IMG/VR virus record: IMGVR_UViG_3300022876_000178
Span: 1 to 37,194 of that record
DNA length: 37,194 bases
Direction: 5' to 3' (one strand)
From: a virus
Taxonomy: Duplodnaviria; Caudoviricetes
The position numbers and the translations under genes are program-made. The notes below the pieces were generated by a model. That model was not told the origin of the DNA. It ran no database searches and worked only from the letters and a program-made list of their open reading frames with translations. Below, in pieces: positions 15,250-25,048 of this stretch; position 1 is the stretch's first letter; each line of letters starts with the position of its first letter.

Positions 15250-16761
15250 ATGGCAGGATATTTCCCATTTCAAGGTGCTAGCACAGAAAATGACAGATTA
15301 AAAAGTATCATTGAAGAAGGGGCCATGAAGGGAATCACGCATAAAAAACAGTTAGAAATTGAAATTGAACAATTTAAAACATCTAGAGAACGTGAATGGA
15401 TGTTTATTGGTGATAAGTACTTTGAAGGTGAACAGGATATTTTAACTCGTAAACGTAAAATTCTTAACGATCAGGGTGAATTAGAGGAAGTTGAGAACTT
15501 ACCAAATAATAAACGTTTGGATAATCAGTACGCTAAACTAGTTGATCAAAAAGTGAACTACCTTCTAGCAAAGCCATTAACAATTAAAACAGAAAACGAA
15601 AAATACCAAAAAGCCTTAAAACTTGTACTCAACAAGCGATTCCACAAAACATTTCGCTATTTAGGTGAGTATGTACTCAATCATGGAATATCGTGGCTTT
15701 ACCCATATTACAACCAAAATGGTCAGTTCACTTTTATGCTATTACCTGCTTATGAAGTTCTTCCTTACTGGAAGGATAGAGAAAAGACCATATTAGATTA
15801 TGCAGTCCGAATATTTAGTGTTGAGGTTTGGAAAGGTGACAAAAAAGAAACCATTGAAAAGGTTGAAATCTATACCTTGGATGGAATCGAAAGATATATT
15901 TTAGAAAATGGTGAGTTAGTTCCTGATGTTGAAGTTGGAGAGTTTGTAACATATCTTACAGCAAAAACAGAGGATAAGGTGACAGCACTAAATTGGGAAC
16001 GAGTACCACTAATTCCTTTTCGTTATAACAACCGTGAAATTCCATTGATAAAACGTGTGAAAAGTTTACAAGATGGTATTAACGAAATCCTATCCGACTT
16101 CAATAACAATATGCAGGAGGATGCTCGTAGCACTATATTGATTATCCATAACTATGATGGACAAGACCTTGGGCAATTCCGTAAGAACTTAGCACAATAC
16201 GGGGCTATTAAAGTGCGTACAACTGCTACAGGTAAAGACGGAAAGGTTGAAACTCTTCATATTGAGGTTAATAAAGACAATTATGAATCAATTCTAAGAC
16301 TATTTAAAAAAGCGATTATTGAAAATGGCCGAGGGTATGACGCAAAAGATGATCGCATGAGCAACAATCCTAATCAGATGAATATAGAATCGATGTATTT
16401 AGATATTGATCTTGATGCAAATGGTATTGAGACAGAATTTCAAGCTTCATTCGAGGAATTGCTTTGGTTTATCAATAAGCACTTGGAGCATAAAAAGCTA
16501 GGTAATTACGATGATGAAATAGTAGACCTCATTTTTAATCGTGATGTTTTGATAAATGAATCTGAGGTAATCAACAGTATAAATAAATCTATGGATTTAC
16601 CACTGGAATCACGCCTAGAACAACATCCTTATGTAACAGATGTTCAACAAGAATTAGATCGTCTAGAAAAGGAAAAACAAAAAGAGCAGCAGGCAGCCGA
16701 TGATTATCGTGCCAATTTCCCTAATCAATTAAAAGGCGGCGTTGGAAATGGCCAAGAGTAG
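15250..16761 (+). CDS. Portal protein, SPP1 gp6 type
   Basis: YAKLVDQKVNYLLAKP; WERVPLIPFRYN; position after terL. Confidence 0.94.
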   Translation: MAGYFPFQGASTENDRLKSIIEEGAMKGITHKKQLEIEIEQFKTSREREWMFIGDKYFEGEQDILTRKRKILNDQGELEEVENLPNNKRLDNQYAKLVDQKVNYLLAKPLTIKTENEKYQKALKLVLNKRFHKTFRYLGEYVLNHGISWLYPYYNQNGQFTFMLLPAYEVLPYWKDREKTILDYAVRIFSVEVWKGDKKETIEKVEIYTLDGIERYILENGELVPDVEVGEFVTYLTAKTEDKVTALNWERVPLIPFRYNNREIPLIKRVKSLQDGINEILSDFNNNMQEDARSTILIIHNYDGQDLGQFRKNLAQYGAIKVRTTATGKDGKVETLHIEVNKDNYESILRLFKKAIIENGRGYDAKDDRMSNNPNQMNIESMYLDIDLDANGIETEFQASFEELLWFINKHLEHKKLGNYDDEIVDLIFNRDVLINESEVINSINKSMDLPLESRLEQHPYVTDVQQELDRLEKEKQKEQQAADDYRANFPNQLKGGVGNGQE

Positions 16762-17797
16762 AGATTATTGGCAAAAGCGTTTTACATTGCTTGCTGATGC
16801 AGAAATGAGTAAGGGAGAAGCCTACTATAAGGATTTAGAGCGAATTTATCGTGATACCTTGAGGGCAATCGAAAAGGATATTACGTACTGGTATGTTCGC
16901 TTTGCTGATAATAACGAAATTACACTTGCTGATGCTAAAAAGTGGATTAAAGGCGCTGATTTAGAAGAGTTTAAATGGGATGTCCATGAATACATTAGAC
17001 GTGGTGAAGAATATGGAATAAATGCAGCTTGGGCTAAAGAGCTAGAAAACGCCTCTGCTCGTGTTCATATTTCACGTTTAGAAGCTATTAAGCTTCAAAC
17101 CCAACAACATGTGGAAATGCTTTATGGACAGCAAATCGAGGGCGTTGAGCGTTTAGCGAAGGAAGTTTATCATTCAGCTTATTATCATACAGCTTATGAG
17201 GTACAAGTAGGTTATGGAGTTGGTTATAGTCTTCACTCCATTGATAAACGACAGTTGAGTATGATGGTATCTAAACCTTGGACAACTGATGGTGCAACAT
17301 TTAGTACTCGTATTTGGCGAGCGAAGGACGATTTAGTCAATATATTGCATAAGGAGCTCACGCAAGCTACAATTCGAGGCGAATCATTGAATAATGTCAT
17401 AGCAAAGATTTCTAAACAATTTGATGTGAGTACGAAGAATGCTGGTCGTCTGGTCATGACGGAATCAGCTTTTTTTGCGTCTGCTGGACAGCAACAAGCC
17501 TTTAAGGAACTAGATGTAGAACGTTATGAAATTGTATCGGCTTTAGATCACCGTACAAGTGCTATTTGTAGACAGTTAGATGGTAAAGTACTGCCCATGA
17601 GTGACTATGCACCAGGCATTACAGCCCCACCATTTCATGCATGGTGTAGAACAGTCACAGTTCCATATTTCGATGATAATTATGGGGAGCGAGCAGCTAG
17701 TAGGGGAAATAATAGTGATCCAGATGACGTTTACTATGTGCCATCAAATATGACTTATAACGAATGGTTCCGTATTTTTGGTGTTAAGCAGCAGTAA
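16748..17797 (+). CDS. Minor capsid protein (SPP1 gp7/Mu F-like)
   Basis: LDHRTSAICRQLDG...APPFHAWCRT. Confidence 0.93.
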   Translation: MAKSRDYWQKRFTLLADAEMSKGEAYYKDLERIYRDTLRAIEKDITYWYVRFADNNEITLADAKKWIKGADLEEFKWDVHEYIRRGEEYGINAAWAKELENASARVHISRLEAIKLQTQQHVEMLYGQQIEGVERLAKEVYHSAYYHTAYEVQVGYGVGYSLHSIDKRQLSMMVSKPWTTDGATFSTRIWRAKDDLVNILHKELTQATIRGESLNNVIAKISKQFDVSTKNAGRLVMTESAFFASAGQQQAFKELDVERYEIVSALDHRTSAICRQLDGKVLPMSDYAPGITAPPFHAWCRTVTVPYFDDNYGERAASRGNNSDPDDVYYVPSNMTYNEWFRIFGVKQQ

Positions 17798-17844
17798 TTG
17801 TTATAACAAAAAGGTGGAAATGGGAAGCGAGGTTATTGATTGGC

Positions 17845-17961
17845 ATGGAACTAAAACCTTACTATACTTTGAAAATTCAATACTTAACGCCAGAAACAAT
17901 AGCTATTTTTATAGATGGAAAATTAAGTAGCATTATCGGAATCAATAAAGCTGTTCATTAG
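17845..17961 (+). CDS. Possible 38-aa ORF
   Basis: MELKPYYTLKIQYLTPETIAIFIDGKLSSIIGINKAVH, ending inside a terminator; a competing frame exists. Confidence 0.35.
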   Translation: MELKPYYTLKIQYLTPETIAIFIDGKLSSIIGINKAVH

Positions 17962-17977
17962 AATAGCTTTTTATTTT
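17947..17977 (+). terminator. Intrinsic terminator before the scaffold gene
   Basis: AAAGCTGTTC-atta-GAATAGCTTT followed by a T-run. Confidence 0.7.
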
Positions 17978-18060
17978 GGTCTTTTTAAAGGCTAGACCAT
18001 AAAGAGGCGTATACCACCAACAGGCACAGACCTGTATAAAAATGTATGGAGGTTATGGAA

Positions 18061-18669
18061 ATGGAATGGTTAAAAGAATTACTTAAAAATGCAGGTATTG
18101 CGGATGATCAGATTGATGATATTGTAGCGAATGCAGCGAAAGAAGCACCGAAACATGTGGTACCAAAAGCGAAGTATAACGAGTTATCTACTGCTAAAAG
18201 CTCGCTAGAAACTCAACTATCAGAGCGTGATACACAGCTTACGGATTTACAAAAGCAGGTAAAGGGCAATGAAGAGCTTGAAAATACGATAAAGGAACTT
18301 CAAGATGCTAACAAACTGGCTGCTACAAAACATCAAAAAGAATTAGAAGCATCAAAAATTGAAAGTGCTATTGATTTGGCTCTGACAGCTGCAAAGGCTA
18401 AAAACCTAACGGCTGCTAAAGCGTTATTAGACCGTGAAGGATTGGCTCTAGACAAAGACGGTAAAACAGTAGTTGGTTTGGCTGACAAAGTAAAAGCCCT
18501 TGTCGAAAGTGAAGAAACTAAATTTGTGTTCGAATCTACTGAAACTGTAATTGCTGGTGCTATTCCAGGAGGACAACCTAGTGGCGGTGGAGGTCCAGTT
18601 GATACATCAAAAATGACATATTCACAATTAAGTGAGTATATGGCTAAAAATCCAGATGCTCAAATTTAA
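18061..18669 (+). CDS. Head scaffolding protein (GP20-like)
   Basis: Coiled coil; VPKAKYNE, AKAKNLTAAKALLD; precedes the capsid gene. Confidence 0.9.
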   Translation: MEWLKELLKNAGIADDQIDDIVANAAKEAPKHVVPKAKYNELSTAKSSLETQLSERDTQLTDLQKQVKGNEELENTIKELQDANKLAATKHQKELEASKIESAIDLALTAAKAKNLTAAKALLDREGLALDKDGKTVVGLADKVKALVESEETKFVFESTETVIAGAIPGGQPSGGGGPVDTSKMTYSQLSEYMAKNPDAQI

Positions 18670-18694
18670 AAACTAAAGGAATGGTGGAAATTAA

Positions 18695-19858
18695 ATGACT
18701 AAATTACAATCAATTATTGCTAGTGCAATGCCTAAAATGTTAATGCCATTGAATATTCAAATGTTTGCAGGGGATAAATTTGATGCTAAATCATTTAATC
18801 CTCAAGCGTTCGGTGCTTACGTAAACCGTATTCCGAACCTTAAACGTAATGAATTATTAAAGTCTCGTGCATTACAACCAAATACAGAGATTCGTAACCT
18901 ATTCAGTTCTCAAACAACAACAGCTTATGGCCGTATCCCACTGTTTGGTAACCTTGATGGGACACCACTTAACTACGATGGTGTTACTGACATCACTGCT
19001 ACAAGTACTGTTACCTATGAACAAGGTGTTGTAGTAGTAGGTCGGGCTAAAGCATGGGTGGAAAGAGACTTCTCAGAAGATATTACTGGTGGTGTTAAAT
19101 TCATGGATAACGTAGCGCAACAAGTAGCGCAATACTGGGAGGAAGTTGACCAAGATACACTTTTATCAATTTTAAGTGGTATTTTTGCAATGACAGGCAC
19201 TAAAAACCTTGAATTCGTTAATAAACATACTTTTGATATCACTGATAAAGAAGGTAATGACGGACAAGGCAACCCATTAAATGCTGTAGGTCCAGCTACC
19301 TTAAATACAGCAATGCAACAAGCTTGTGGTCAAAATAAAGGGAAGTTTGCAATCGTAATCATGCATTCTGCCGTTGCCACTAATCTGGAAAACCTAAAGC
19401 TATTTAAATACATGCAGTATACTGATGCAGATGGTATTACACGTGATCTTACTATTGGAACATGGAATGGCCGTGTTGTATTAATCGATGATTCTATGCC
19501 AATCGAAGAGGTAGATGCAGCAGGAGAAGTACCTGCTTACACAAAATATACAACGTATGCATTAGGTGAAGGTGCATTTAGTTATGAGGATATTGGAGCG
19601 AAAGTACCTTACGAAATGGCTCGTGATGCTTCTAAAAATGGCGGACAAGACACATTGTACTCTCGTCAACGTAAAGTATTTGCTCCAACGGGTATTTCTT
19701 ATGAAAAATCATCTCAAGCTACGTTGTCACCTACTAATGCAGAGCTTGCAAATGGAGCTAACTGGACACTTGTTAACGATGGAAACAGCGTAGGTGCAAA
19801 CCGTAAGTACATTGATCACAAGGCAATTCCAATCGCTCGTATTATTTCACGTGGATGA
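18695..19858 (+). CDS. Major capsid protein
   Basis: 387 aa after the scaffold; IMHSAVATNL, GRVVLIDDSMP, PTNAELANGANW. Confidence 0.92.
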   Translation: MTKLQSIIASAMPKMLMPLNIQMFAGDKFDAKSFNPQAFGAYVNRIPNLKRNELLKSRALQPNTEIRNLFSSQTTTAYGRIPLFGNLDGTPLNYDGVTDITATSTVTYEQGVVVVGRAKAWVERDFSEDITGGVKFMDNVAQQVAQYWEEVDQDTLLSILSGIFAMTGTKNLEFVNKHTFDITDKEGNDGQGNPLNAVGPATLNTAMQQACGQNKGKFAIVIMHSAVATNLENLKLFKYMQYTDADGITRDLTIGTWNGRVVLIDDSMPIEEVDAAGEVPAYTKYTTYALGEGAFSYEDIGAKVPYEMARDASKNGGQDTLYSRQRKVFAPTGISYEKSSQATLSPTNAELANGANWTLVNDGNSVGANRKYIDHKAIPIARIISRG

Positions 19859-19864
19859 TAGGCG

Positions 19865-20269
19865 GTGAAACCTATGTTTGAGGACGTTAAAACACGTTTA
19901 AAATCTTTAGGCATTAGTATTTCTAGTGAACCTAATAGTCCAGATGAAGTGATGTTGTCCTTTTGCATCGATAAAGTGACAAGTCACATCAACAATCAAA
20001 CTAATCTATCTGAAATTCCCCAAGGACTCCATGAAATTGCAGTGGATATGGTCGCTGGGGAATTCTTATATGCCAAAAAAGCAATGGGTGCTTTAACAGT
20101 TGATACATTGGATTTTGAACTGATTGCAAAACAAGTTCAAGATGGAGACACCAATGTAATTTTTGCTATCGATGCTAATAATACACCAGAAGCTCAATTC
20201 AATAGTTTTTTATCCTATTTGCAACACAATGAGGTAGATTTTACTCGTTATAGGGTGTTTGTATGGTAA
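19865..20269 (+). CDS. Head-tail connector
   Basis: EIPQGLHEIAVDM, QVQDGDTNV; position. Confidence 0.8.
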   Translation: MKPMFEDVKTRLKSLGISISSEPNSPDEVMLSFCIDKVTSHINNQTNLSEIPQGLHEIAVDMVAGEFLYAKKAMGALTVDTLDFELIAKQVQDGDTNVIFAIDANNTPEAQFNSFLSYLQHNEVDFTRYRVFVW

Positions 20270-20628
20270 GTGCAAGACGTAAGGCATTGGAAAGACTTTG
20301 GAGGGGTAATTGCACAGTTAAGGTATGGAAAGAAGTAGAAGACCCAATAACCCATGTTACAACGCATAAAGAAGTAGCACTGTATGATGATGACCTTAAA
20401 TGTAAGTTGTCTCATGAAAAGTTAACGAGCGCTTCAACAAATGGTGGGCCAGCAAAAATATCTGAACAAATCAAGTTATCCTTAGGTAACGAATTTGAAA
20501 TACCTGCTGGGTGTAAAATTATCGTGACACAAGATAATGTAACAGAAGAATACACTCGTTCGGGCAAACCTGGTATCTTTATGAATCATCAAGAAATTGT
20601 CCTAGAGTTATTTAAGGGGTACGCATAA
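20263..20628 (+). CDS. Head closure protein (XkdH-like)
   Basis: CKLS...IPAGCKIIVTQ...HQEI; position. Confidence 0.75.
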   Translation: MVSARRKALERLWRGNCTVKVWKEVEDPITHVTTHKEVALYDDDLKCKLSHEKLTSASTNGGPAKISEQIKLSLGNEFEIPAGCKIIVTQDNVTEEYTRSGKPGIFMNHQEIVLELFKGYA

Positions 20629-21086
20629 TGAGCGTTAATTACCAACAGTTAAAAAGATTTGAACGAAAGTTAGCTAAGTTAGCAACTGCGGATTATCAAA
20701 AGTTTTGCGAAGCATGCGCTAAAGAACTAGCAGCTAGATTATTAGCTAAAGTTATTAAACGTACACCAGTTGACGATGGAGTATTAAGACGTGGATGGAC
20801 TTCTAAAAGTGAACAAGAAGCTATAGCTGGTGGTAAAAAAAGTACTGTAAGTTTTGCAGAAGAATTAAGTATTAAAGCTGTTGGAAATATGTATGAGATT
20901 GAGATTATTAATCCAGTTTCATACTCATCTTACGTTGAATTCGGACACCGTTTGCAAGGTAATATTGGGTGGGTTAATGGCCGATTCATGATGACGATTT
21001 CGGCAGACGAGCTTGAACAACAGGCACCTAACATCTTAGAAAAGAAATTGTTTACCATGTTAAAGGAGGTTTTCGATGGAAATTAA
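20628..21086 (+). CDS. HK97 gp10-family tail completion protein
   Basis: RTPVDDGVLRRGW; YSSYVEFGHR; WVNGRFMM. Confidence 0.9.
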   Translation: MSVNYQQLKRFERKLAKLATADYQKFCEACAKELAARLLAKVIKRTPVDDGVLRRGWTSKSEQEAIAGGKKSTVSFAEELSIKAVGNMYEIEIINPVSYSSYVEFGHRLQGNIGWVNGRFMMTISADELEQQAPNILEKKLFTMLKEVFDGN

Positions 21087-21519
21087 TGATATTCAGAATG
21101 CAATATCAGTTAAGCTCCATGAAGCTTTCGGAGCAGCTTACAAAAAATATATAGATGAAATACCGCAGGGGTTTGTGACTCCTGCTTTTTTTATTCAGTT
21201 TTTAAACCTAGAGCAGATCAGACAAATAGGTAAACGGTGGAAGGTGACAACATTATTCGATGTTCAGTATTTCCCTAAAAACAGCTTATCAGAGGCATCT
21301 AATATGACTCTGAAAATACAACAAGCAATCAAAGAAATAACGCTGTTAAATAGCTCTCTAATGCTTGGCACAGGAGCAAACAGTGAAGTTGTTGACGGTA
21401 TTGGACATAACTTTATTCATTTTAATTTCTTTCTACAGGAAGTTGAAGAAAAGATTTTCATGGGCTCATTAGAGCAATACATCAATAAACAAAGGGTGAT
21501 TCCAAATGGCGACAAATAA
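21076..21519 (+). CDS. Tail terminator protein
   Basis: IPQGFVTPAFFI, FDVQYFP; position before the sheath. Confidence 0.78.
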   Translation: MEINDIQNAISVKLHEAFGAAYKKYIDEIPQGFVTPAFFIQFLNLEQIRQIGKRWKVTTLFDVQYFPKNSLSEASNMTLKIQQAIKEITLLNSSLMLGTGANSEVVDGIGHNFIHFNFFLQEVEEKIFMGSLEQYINKQRVIPNGDK

Positions 21520-21733
21520 GATACAGGAAAAAATTGAACCTGTAAAAAGTGAAGATGTAAAAGAGGCTATAGCAGCAACATTGCAAACCTTCACAAAAGA
21601 ACAACTAGTCAAAAGTAAAAAATACGTTCATCGGCGTGATGCTTTGAATGCGTTGTTGCAGGACAACAAATTGTACTCATTCGCCGAGGTGGATGGCATA
21701 TTAAAACAGTTTGAAGAAGGAGGGAAAGATTAA
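21506..21733 (+). CDS. Small pre-sheath phage protein
   Basis: FTKEQLVKSKKY...RDALNALL. Confidence 0.75.
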   Translation: MATNKIQEKIEPVKSEDVKEAIAATLQTFTKEQLVKSKKYVHRRDALNALLQDNKLYSFAEVDGILKQFEEGGKD

Positions 21734-23061
21734 TGGCATTAGGTGGAGGCTTTTGGTTAACGCAAAATAAAGTGTTGCCAGGTACTTATCACAATTTTAT
21801 TAGTAAAGCACGTGCGTTCTTAAATTTATCTGACCGAGGTTATGCTGCATTACCAATTGCTCTTGATTGGGGAGTAGACGATGCAGTAATGACAGTGACT
21901 AAAGAGGACATGCAGAAAGACTCTTTAAAAATCTTCGGCTACGATTACACTCATCCAAAGCTAAAAGGTATTAGGGATTTATTTAAAGGAGCCCTTACAG
22001 TATTTTTCTGCAAACTAAACCTTGGAGGAGCAAAGGCAACTAATGAATTTGCTACTGCTAAATTCAAAGGTATGCGAGGAAATGACATTAGTATTGTTAT
22101 TCAAGCCAATGTAGATGAACCATCAAAATGGGACGTTAAAACACTGATTGCTGGCACTTTAATTGATGAGCAAAATGCTGTTTCAACAGCTGCTGATTTA
22201 AAAAATAATGATTTCGTTGATTTTAAAAAGGACGCTACCCTAGCAGCAACAGCAGGGACAAAACTAACAGGCGGAAATAACGGAGCAACAGCATTAACAG
22301 CAGGGACACCTCACCAAATGGCCTTAGATGAGTTAGAGGCATATGGTTTTAACACATTAGGCTGTTTATCAGAGGATTCCATTATCAAATCGTTATACAT
22401 GGAGTATACAAAACGCATCCGTGATGAGGTTGGCGGTAAGTTCCAGTTAATCGGCCATAAACTAGGCAACGCAGACCATGAAGGTATTATTGATGTGCAA
22501 AACGATGCTATTGGAGAAGATGAGGAAGTTTTTGGTGCTGTTTATTGGGTTACGGGTGTGCAAGCTGGAGTGGCTGTTAATCAATCCAACACTAACCGCA
22601 CGTATGATGGTGAGCATGTACTTGATATGTCTGAAACAAAAACACAACCACAATTAACTCTATTGCTAAACGGGGGTAAGTACGTTTTCCATCGTGTGGG
22701 TGATAACTTTAATGTATTAGAAGATGTAAATACATTTACATCATTCAGAACAGATAAGAATGAGGACTTCTCATTCAACCAAACGATTCGAGTTCTAGAT
22801 CAACTTGCAATCGATACAGCTCATTTATTCAATACTCGCTATCTTGGTAAAGTGCCAAATGATGCAGATGGACGTATTTCATTGTGGAATGATATTGGTA
22901 AACATCGCGGAGAAATGCAGCGTATTCGAGCTATCCAAAATTACGATAAAGAAAAGCTGTTAGTTGGACAAGGTGAATCGAAACGAGCTGTAGTTGTACA
23001 AGAGGAAGTAATAAATACACTAACGATGTCACAACTTTACGTGACGACGATGGTAGCGTAA
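21733..23061 (+). CDS. xkdK: Tail sheath protein
   Basis: MALGGGFWLTQNKVLPGTYHNF; NQTIRVLDQ; YLGKVPNDADGR. Confidence 0.95.
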   Translation: MALGGGFWLTQNKVLPGTYHNFISKARAFLNLSDRGYAALPIALDWGVDDAVMTVTKEDMQKDSLKIFGYDYTHPKLKGIRDLFKGALTVFFCKLNLGGAKATNEFATAKFKGMRGNDISIVIQANVDEPSKWDVKTLIAGTLIDEQNAVSTAADLKNNDFVDFKKDATLAATAGTKLTGGNNGATALTAGTPHQMALDELEAYGFNTLGCLSEDSIIKSLYMEYTKRIRDEVGGKFQLIGHKLGNADHEGIIDVQNDAIGEDEEVFGAVYWVTGVQAGVAVNQSNTNRTYDGEHVLDMSETKTQPQLTLLLNGGKYVFHRVGDNFNVLEDVNTFTSFRTDKNEDFSFNQTIRVLDQLAIDTAHLFNTRYLGKVPNDADGRISLWNDIGKHRGEMQRIRAIQNYDKEKLLVGQGESKRAVVVQEEVINTLTMSQLYVTTMVA

Positions 23062-23074
23062 GGAGGAGAAGCAA

Positions 23075-23590
23075 TTGGATAAAAACAAAGTATTAATTCC
23101 TTTAAATCTACAGTATTTTGCTGATGCTACCATGCATGCTCGTGATGCCATTCATGGTGCGCAAGGTGTAGCTTGGGTAACGATAGATGGGAATCGTTTA
23201 AAATTTGCACAGCTAATCAATCTAGAGGCTCGATCCGAAAAAACAAAAACGAAAATACCTATCATGGGTCAAGTAGGGAAGGGGAATAAGGCGACAGGTC
23301 TGGAATATAGCGGTAGTGCTACATTCCACTTTAATACGTCTATTTTTCGAAAAATGTTGTTGCACTATCAAGAAACTGGTGAGGATATTTATTTTGATAT
23401 CCAAGTTACTAATGAAGACGGTTCGTCTCAAGTTGGACGACAAACAACAATTTTAGTTGATTGTAATATTGATGGCGGTATAGTTGCGTTATTAGATGCA
23501 GATGCAGAGTATTTAGAGGATTCATTTGATTTCACATTTGAACGTTTCGAAATGCCAGAAGAATTTACAACTTTACCAGAAATGCAATAA
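23075..23590 (+). CDS. xkdM: Tail tube protein
   Basis: FDIQVTNEDGSSQVGRQT; DFTFE. Confidence 0.93.
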   Translation: MDKNKVLIPLNLQYFADATMHARDAIHGAQGVAWVTIDGNRLKFAQLINLEARSEKTKTKIPIMGQVGKGNKATGLEYSGSATFHFNTSIFRKMLLHYQETGEDIYFDIQVTNEDGSSQVGRQTTILVDCNIDGGIVALLDADAEYLEDSFDFTFERFEMPEEFTTLPEMQ

Positions 23591-23620
23591 AAAAGAGTTC
23601 ACAATATGTGAGCTCTTTTA
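23591..23620 (+). terminator. Hairpin terminator after the tail tube gene
   Basis: AAAAGAGTTCACA-ata-TGTGAGCTCTTTT. Confidence 0.75.
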
Positions 23621-23651
23621 ATTTTAATTAAAAAGGATAAGGTGATTATAA

Positions 23652-24086
23652 ATGACAAACTTAACTGCATTCTTTGCACACAATAAAAAGCAAAATGGAA
23701 ATATTAAGAGAGCTGTTTCTAAAAGTTTTGTGGATGAACAAGGCAAACCTATTGAATGGGAGTTTGCGCCAGTTTCTCCAGAGCGTGATGCTGAATTAAA
23801 GTCTGAATGTACAAAGCGTTCAATGATTACTCAGGGTAAACGTAAAGGACAATTTAACACGGATTTTGACCATTTTAAATACCAACGTTTATTAACGGTT
23901 GAATCTATTGTATTTCCAAATCTAAACGACAAAGAGTTACAAGATTCTTATAAAGCAATGGGTGCCGATGCACTACTTGGTAAGATGCTGACAATTGGTG
24001 AAATTGCAGATGCATCAGCTGCGGCACAAGAAGCTAATGGTTATGAAGCTGATTTGGAGGATTTGGTTGAAGAAGTAAAAAACTAA
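23652..24086 (+). CDS. xkdN: Tail assembly chaperone
   Basis: SFVDEQGKPIEWE; VFPNLNDKELQDSY; VEEVKN end. Confidence 0.9.
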   Translation: MTNLTAFFAHNKKQNGNIKRAVSKSFVDEQGKPIEWEFAPVSPERDAELKSECTKRSMITQGKRKGQFNTDFDHFKYQRLLTVESIVFPNLNDKELQDSYKAMGADALLGKMLTIGEIADASAAAQEANGYEADLEDLVEEVKN

Positions 24087-24280
24087 TTGAGGATGGTGAT
24101 GGTGACGCTAATATCATGCATTGGTGGGTCCATAAAATGCGTCGCTTACCATCTGAATATATGTCTCTATCGCTAGCAGATAAGGCCTGTATTATTGCTT
24201 CGCTACAGATCAAGATTGAAGAAGATAAAAAGCAGGAACGAGAGGCGAAGCGTGGAGCAAAAGGTAAACGAAAGAAATAA
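24077..24280 (+). CDS. -1 frameshift extension of the tail chaperone (G-T fusion)
   Basis: Slippery A AAA AAC at 24077-24083; -1 frame LIEDGDGDANIMHWWVHKMRRLPSEY...KRKK open to TAA 24280. Confidence 0.85.
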   Translation, partial: KKLIEDGDGDANIMHWWVHKMRRLPSEYMSLSLADKACIIASLQIKIEEDKKQEREAKRGAKGKRKK

Positions 24281-24300
24281 AACTAGCGATTTGTGAAGAG

Positions 24301-24360
24301 AAGTATGCAAATAGTAATAGAATTACCTCTATTATCCAAGTATATTTATGGGTAAGGAGG
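24301..24360 (+). repeat. 60-bp moron leader, copy 1 (promoter/RBS)
   Basis: 52/60 identical to 24983-25042. Confidence 0.9.
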
Positions 24361-24364
24361 TAGA

Positions 24365-24976
24365 GTGATGTTAGAGAAAATCTTATCAAGATCAATATCA
24401 ATATTTTTATATGTAGGTGCATTAATGTTTTTACTTGCCTTCATAAGTTCATTTACTAAAGATACATTTTCAATATTTACTTCTGTTATTTTCATTTTCA
24501 TTGCAATTTTGTTAACTTACTTTGGACAAAAACTTTGGAAGATAACAAAAAAGCAAGTAGCCTGTGCAAGTACGAGGATTATTAATCAAACAGAGCGTAC
24601 AAAAGAATCTAAAAGTCAGTCTTATAAAGGTGTAATAACAGATGAGTATTATGATATTGTAACAAGGCATATCGTTGATAGTAAATATTGCAATATCTCT
24701 AACGATGAAGAGGTATTTATAAAAGCTCTACTTTTAAAATTACATCAGAATAATCTGAAGTCAGTGAGTTTACAAAGGATGAGTACTAAAGATATTTCGG
24801 TAAATTATAGTGGCTACCCAATAGGGAAAGTGAAACTACAGGGTAAGAAAACATGGATGCAAATTCTAACGGGGTTACATGATCATAATAAACTTGAAAA
24901 TGCTTCTCTTGAAGAATATATAGACTCGATTGATTTATGGATTACTTATATTAAAAAATTAAAATTGAATAATTGA
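24365..24976 (+). CDS. Moron: two-TM membrane protein with soluble C-terminal domain
   Basis: Two N-terminal hydrophobic helices; AT-rich; inserted between chaperone and tape measure. Confidence 0.8.
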   Translation: MMLEKILSRSISIFLYVGALMFLLAFISSFTKDTFSIFTSVIFIFIAILLTYFGQKLWKITKKQVACASTRIINQTERTKESKSQSYKGVITDEYYDIVTRHIVDSKYCNISNDEEVFIKALLLKLHQNNLKSVSLQRMSTKDISVNYSGYPIGKVKLQGKKTWMQILTGLHDHNKLENASLEEYIDSIDLWITYIKKLKLNN

Positions 24977-24982
24977 AATTGA

Positions 24983-25042
24983 AAATATGAAAATAGTCAT
25001 AGAATTACCTCGATTATCCATGTATATTTGTGTATAAGGAGG
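24983..25042 (+). repeat. 60-bp moron leader, copy 2
   Basis: 52/60 identical to 24301-24360. Confidence 0.9.
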
Positions 25043-25048
25043 GTATCT

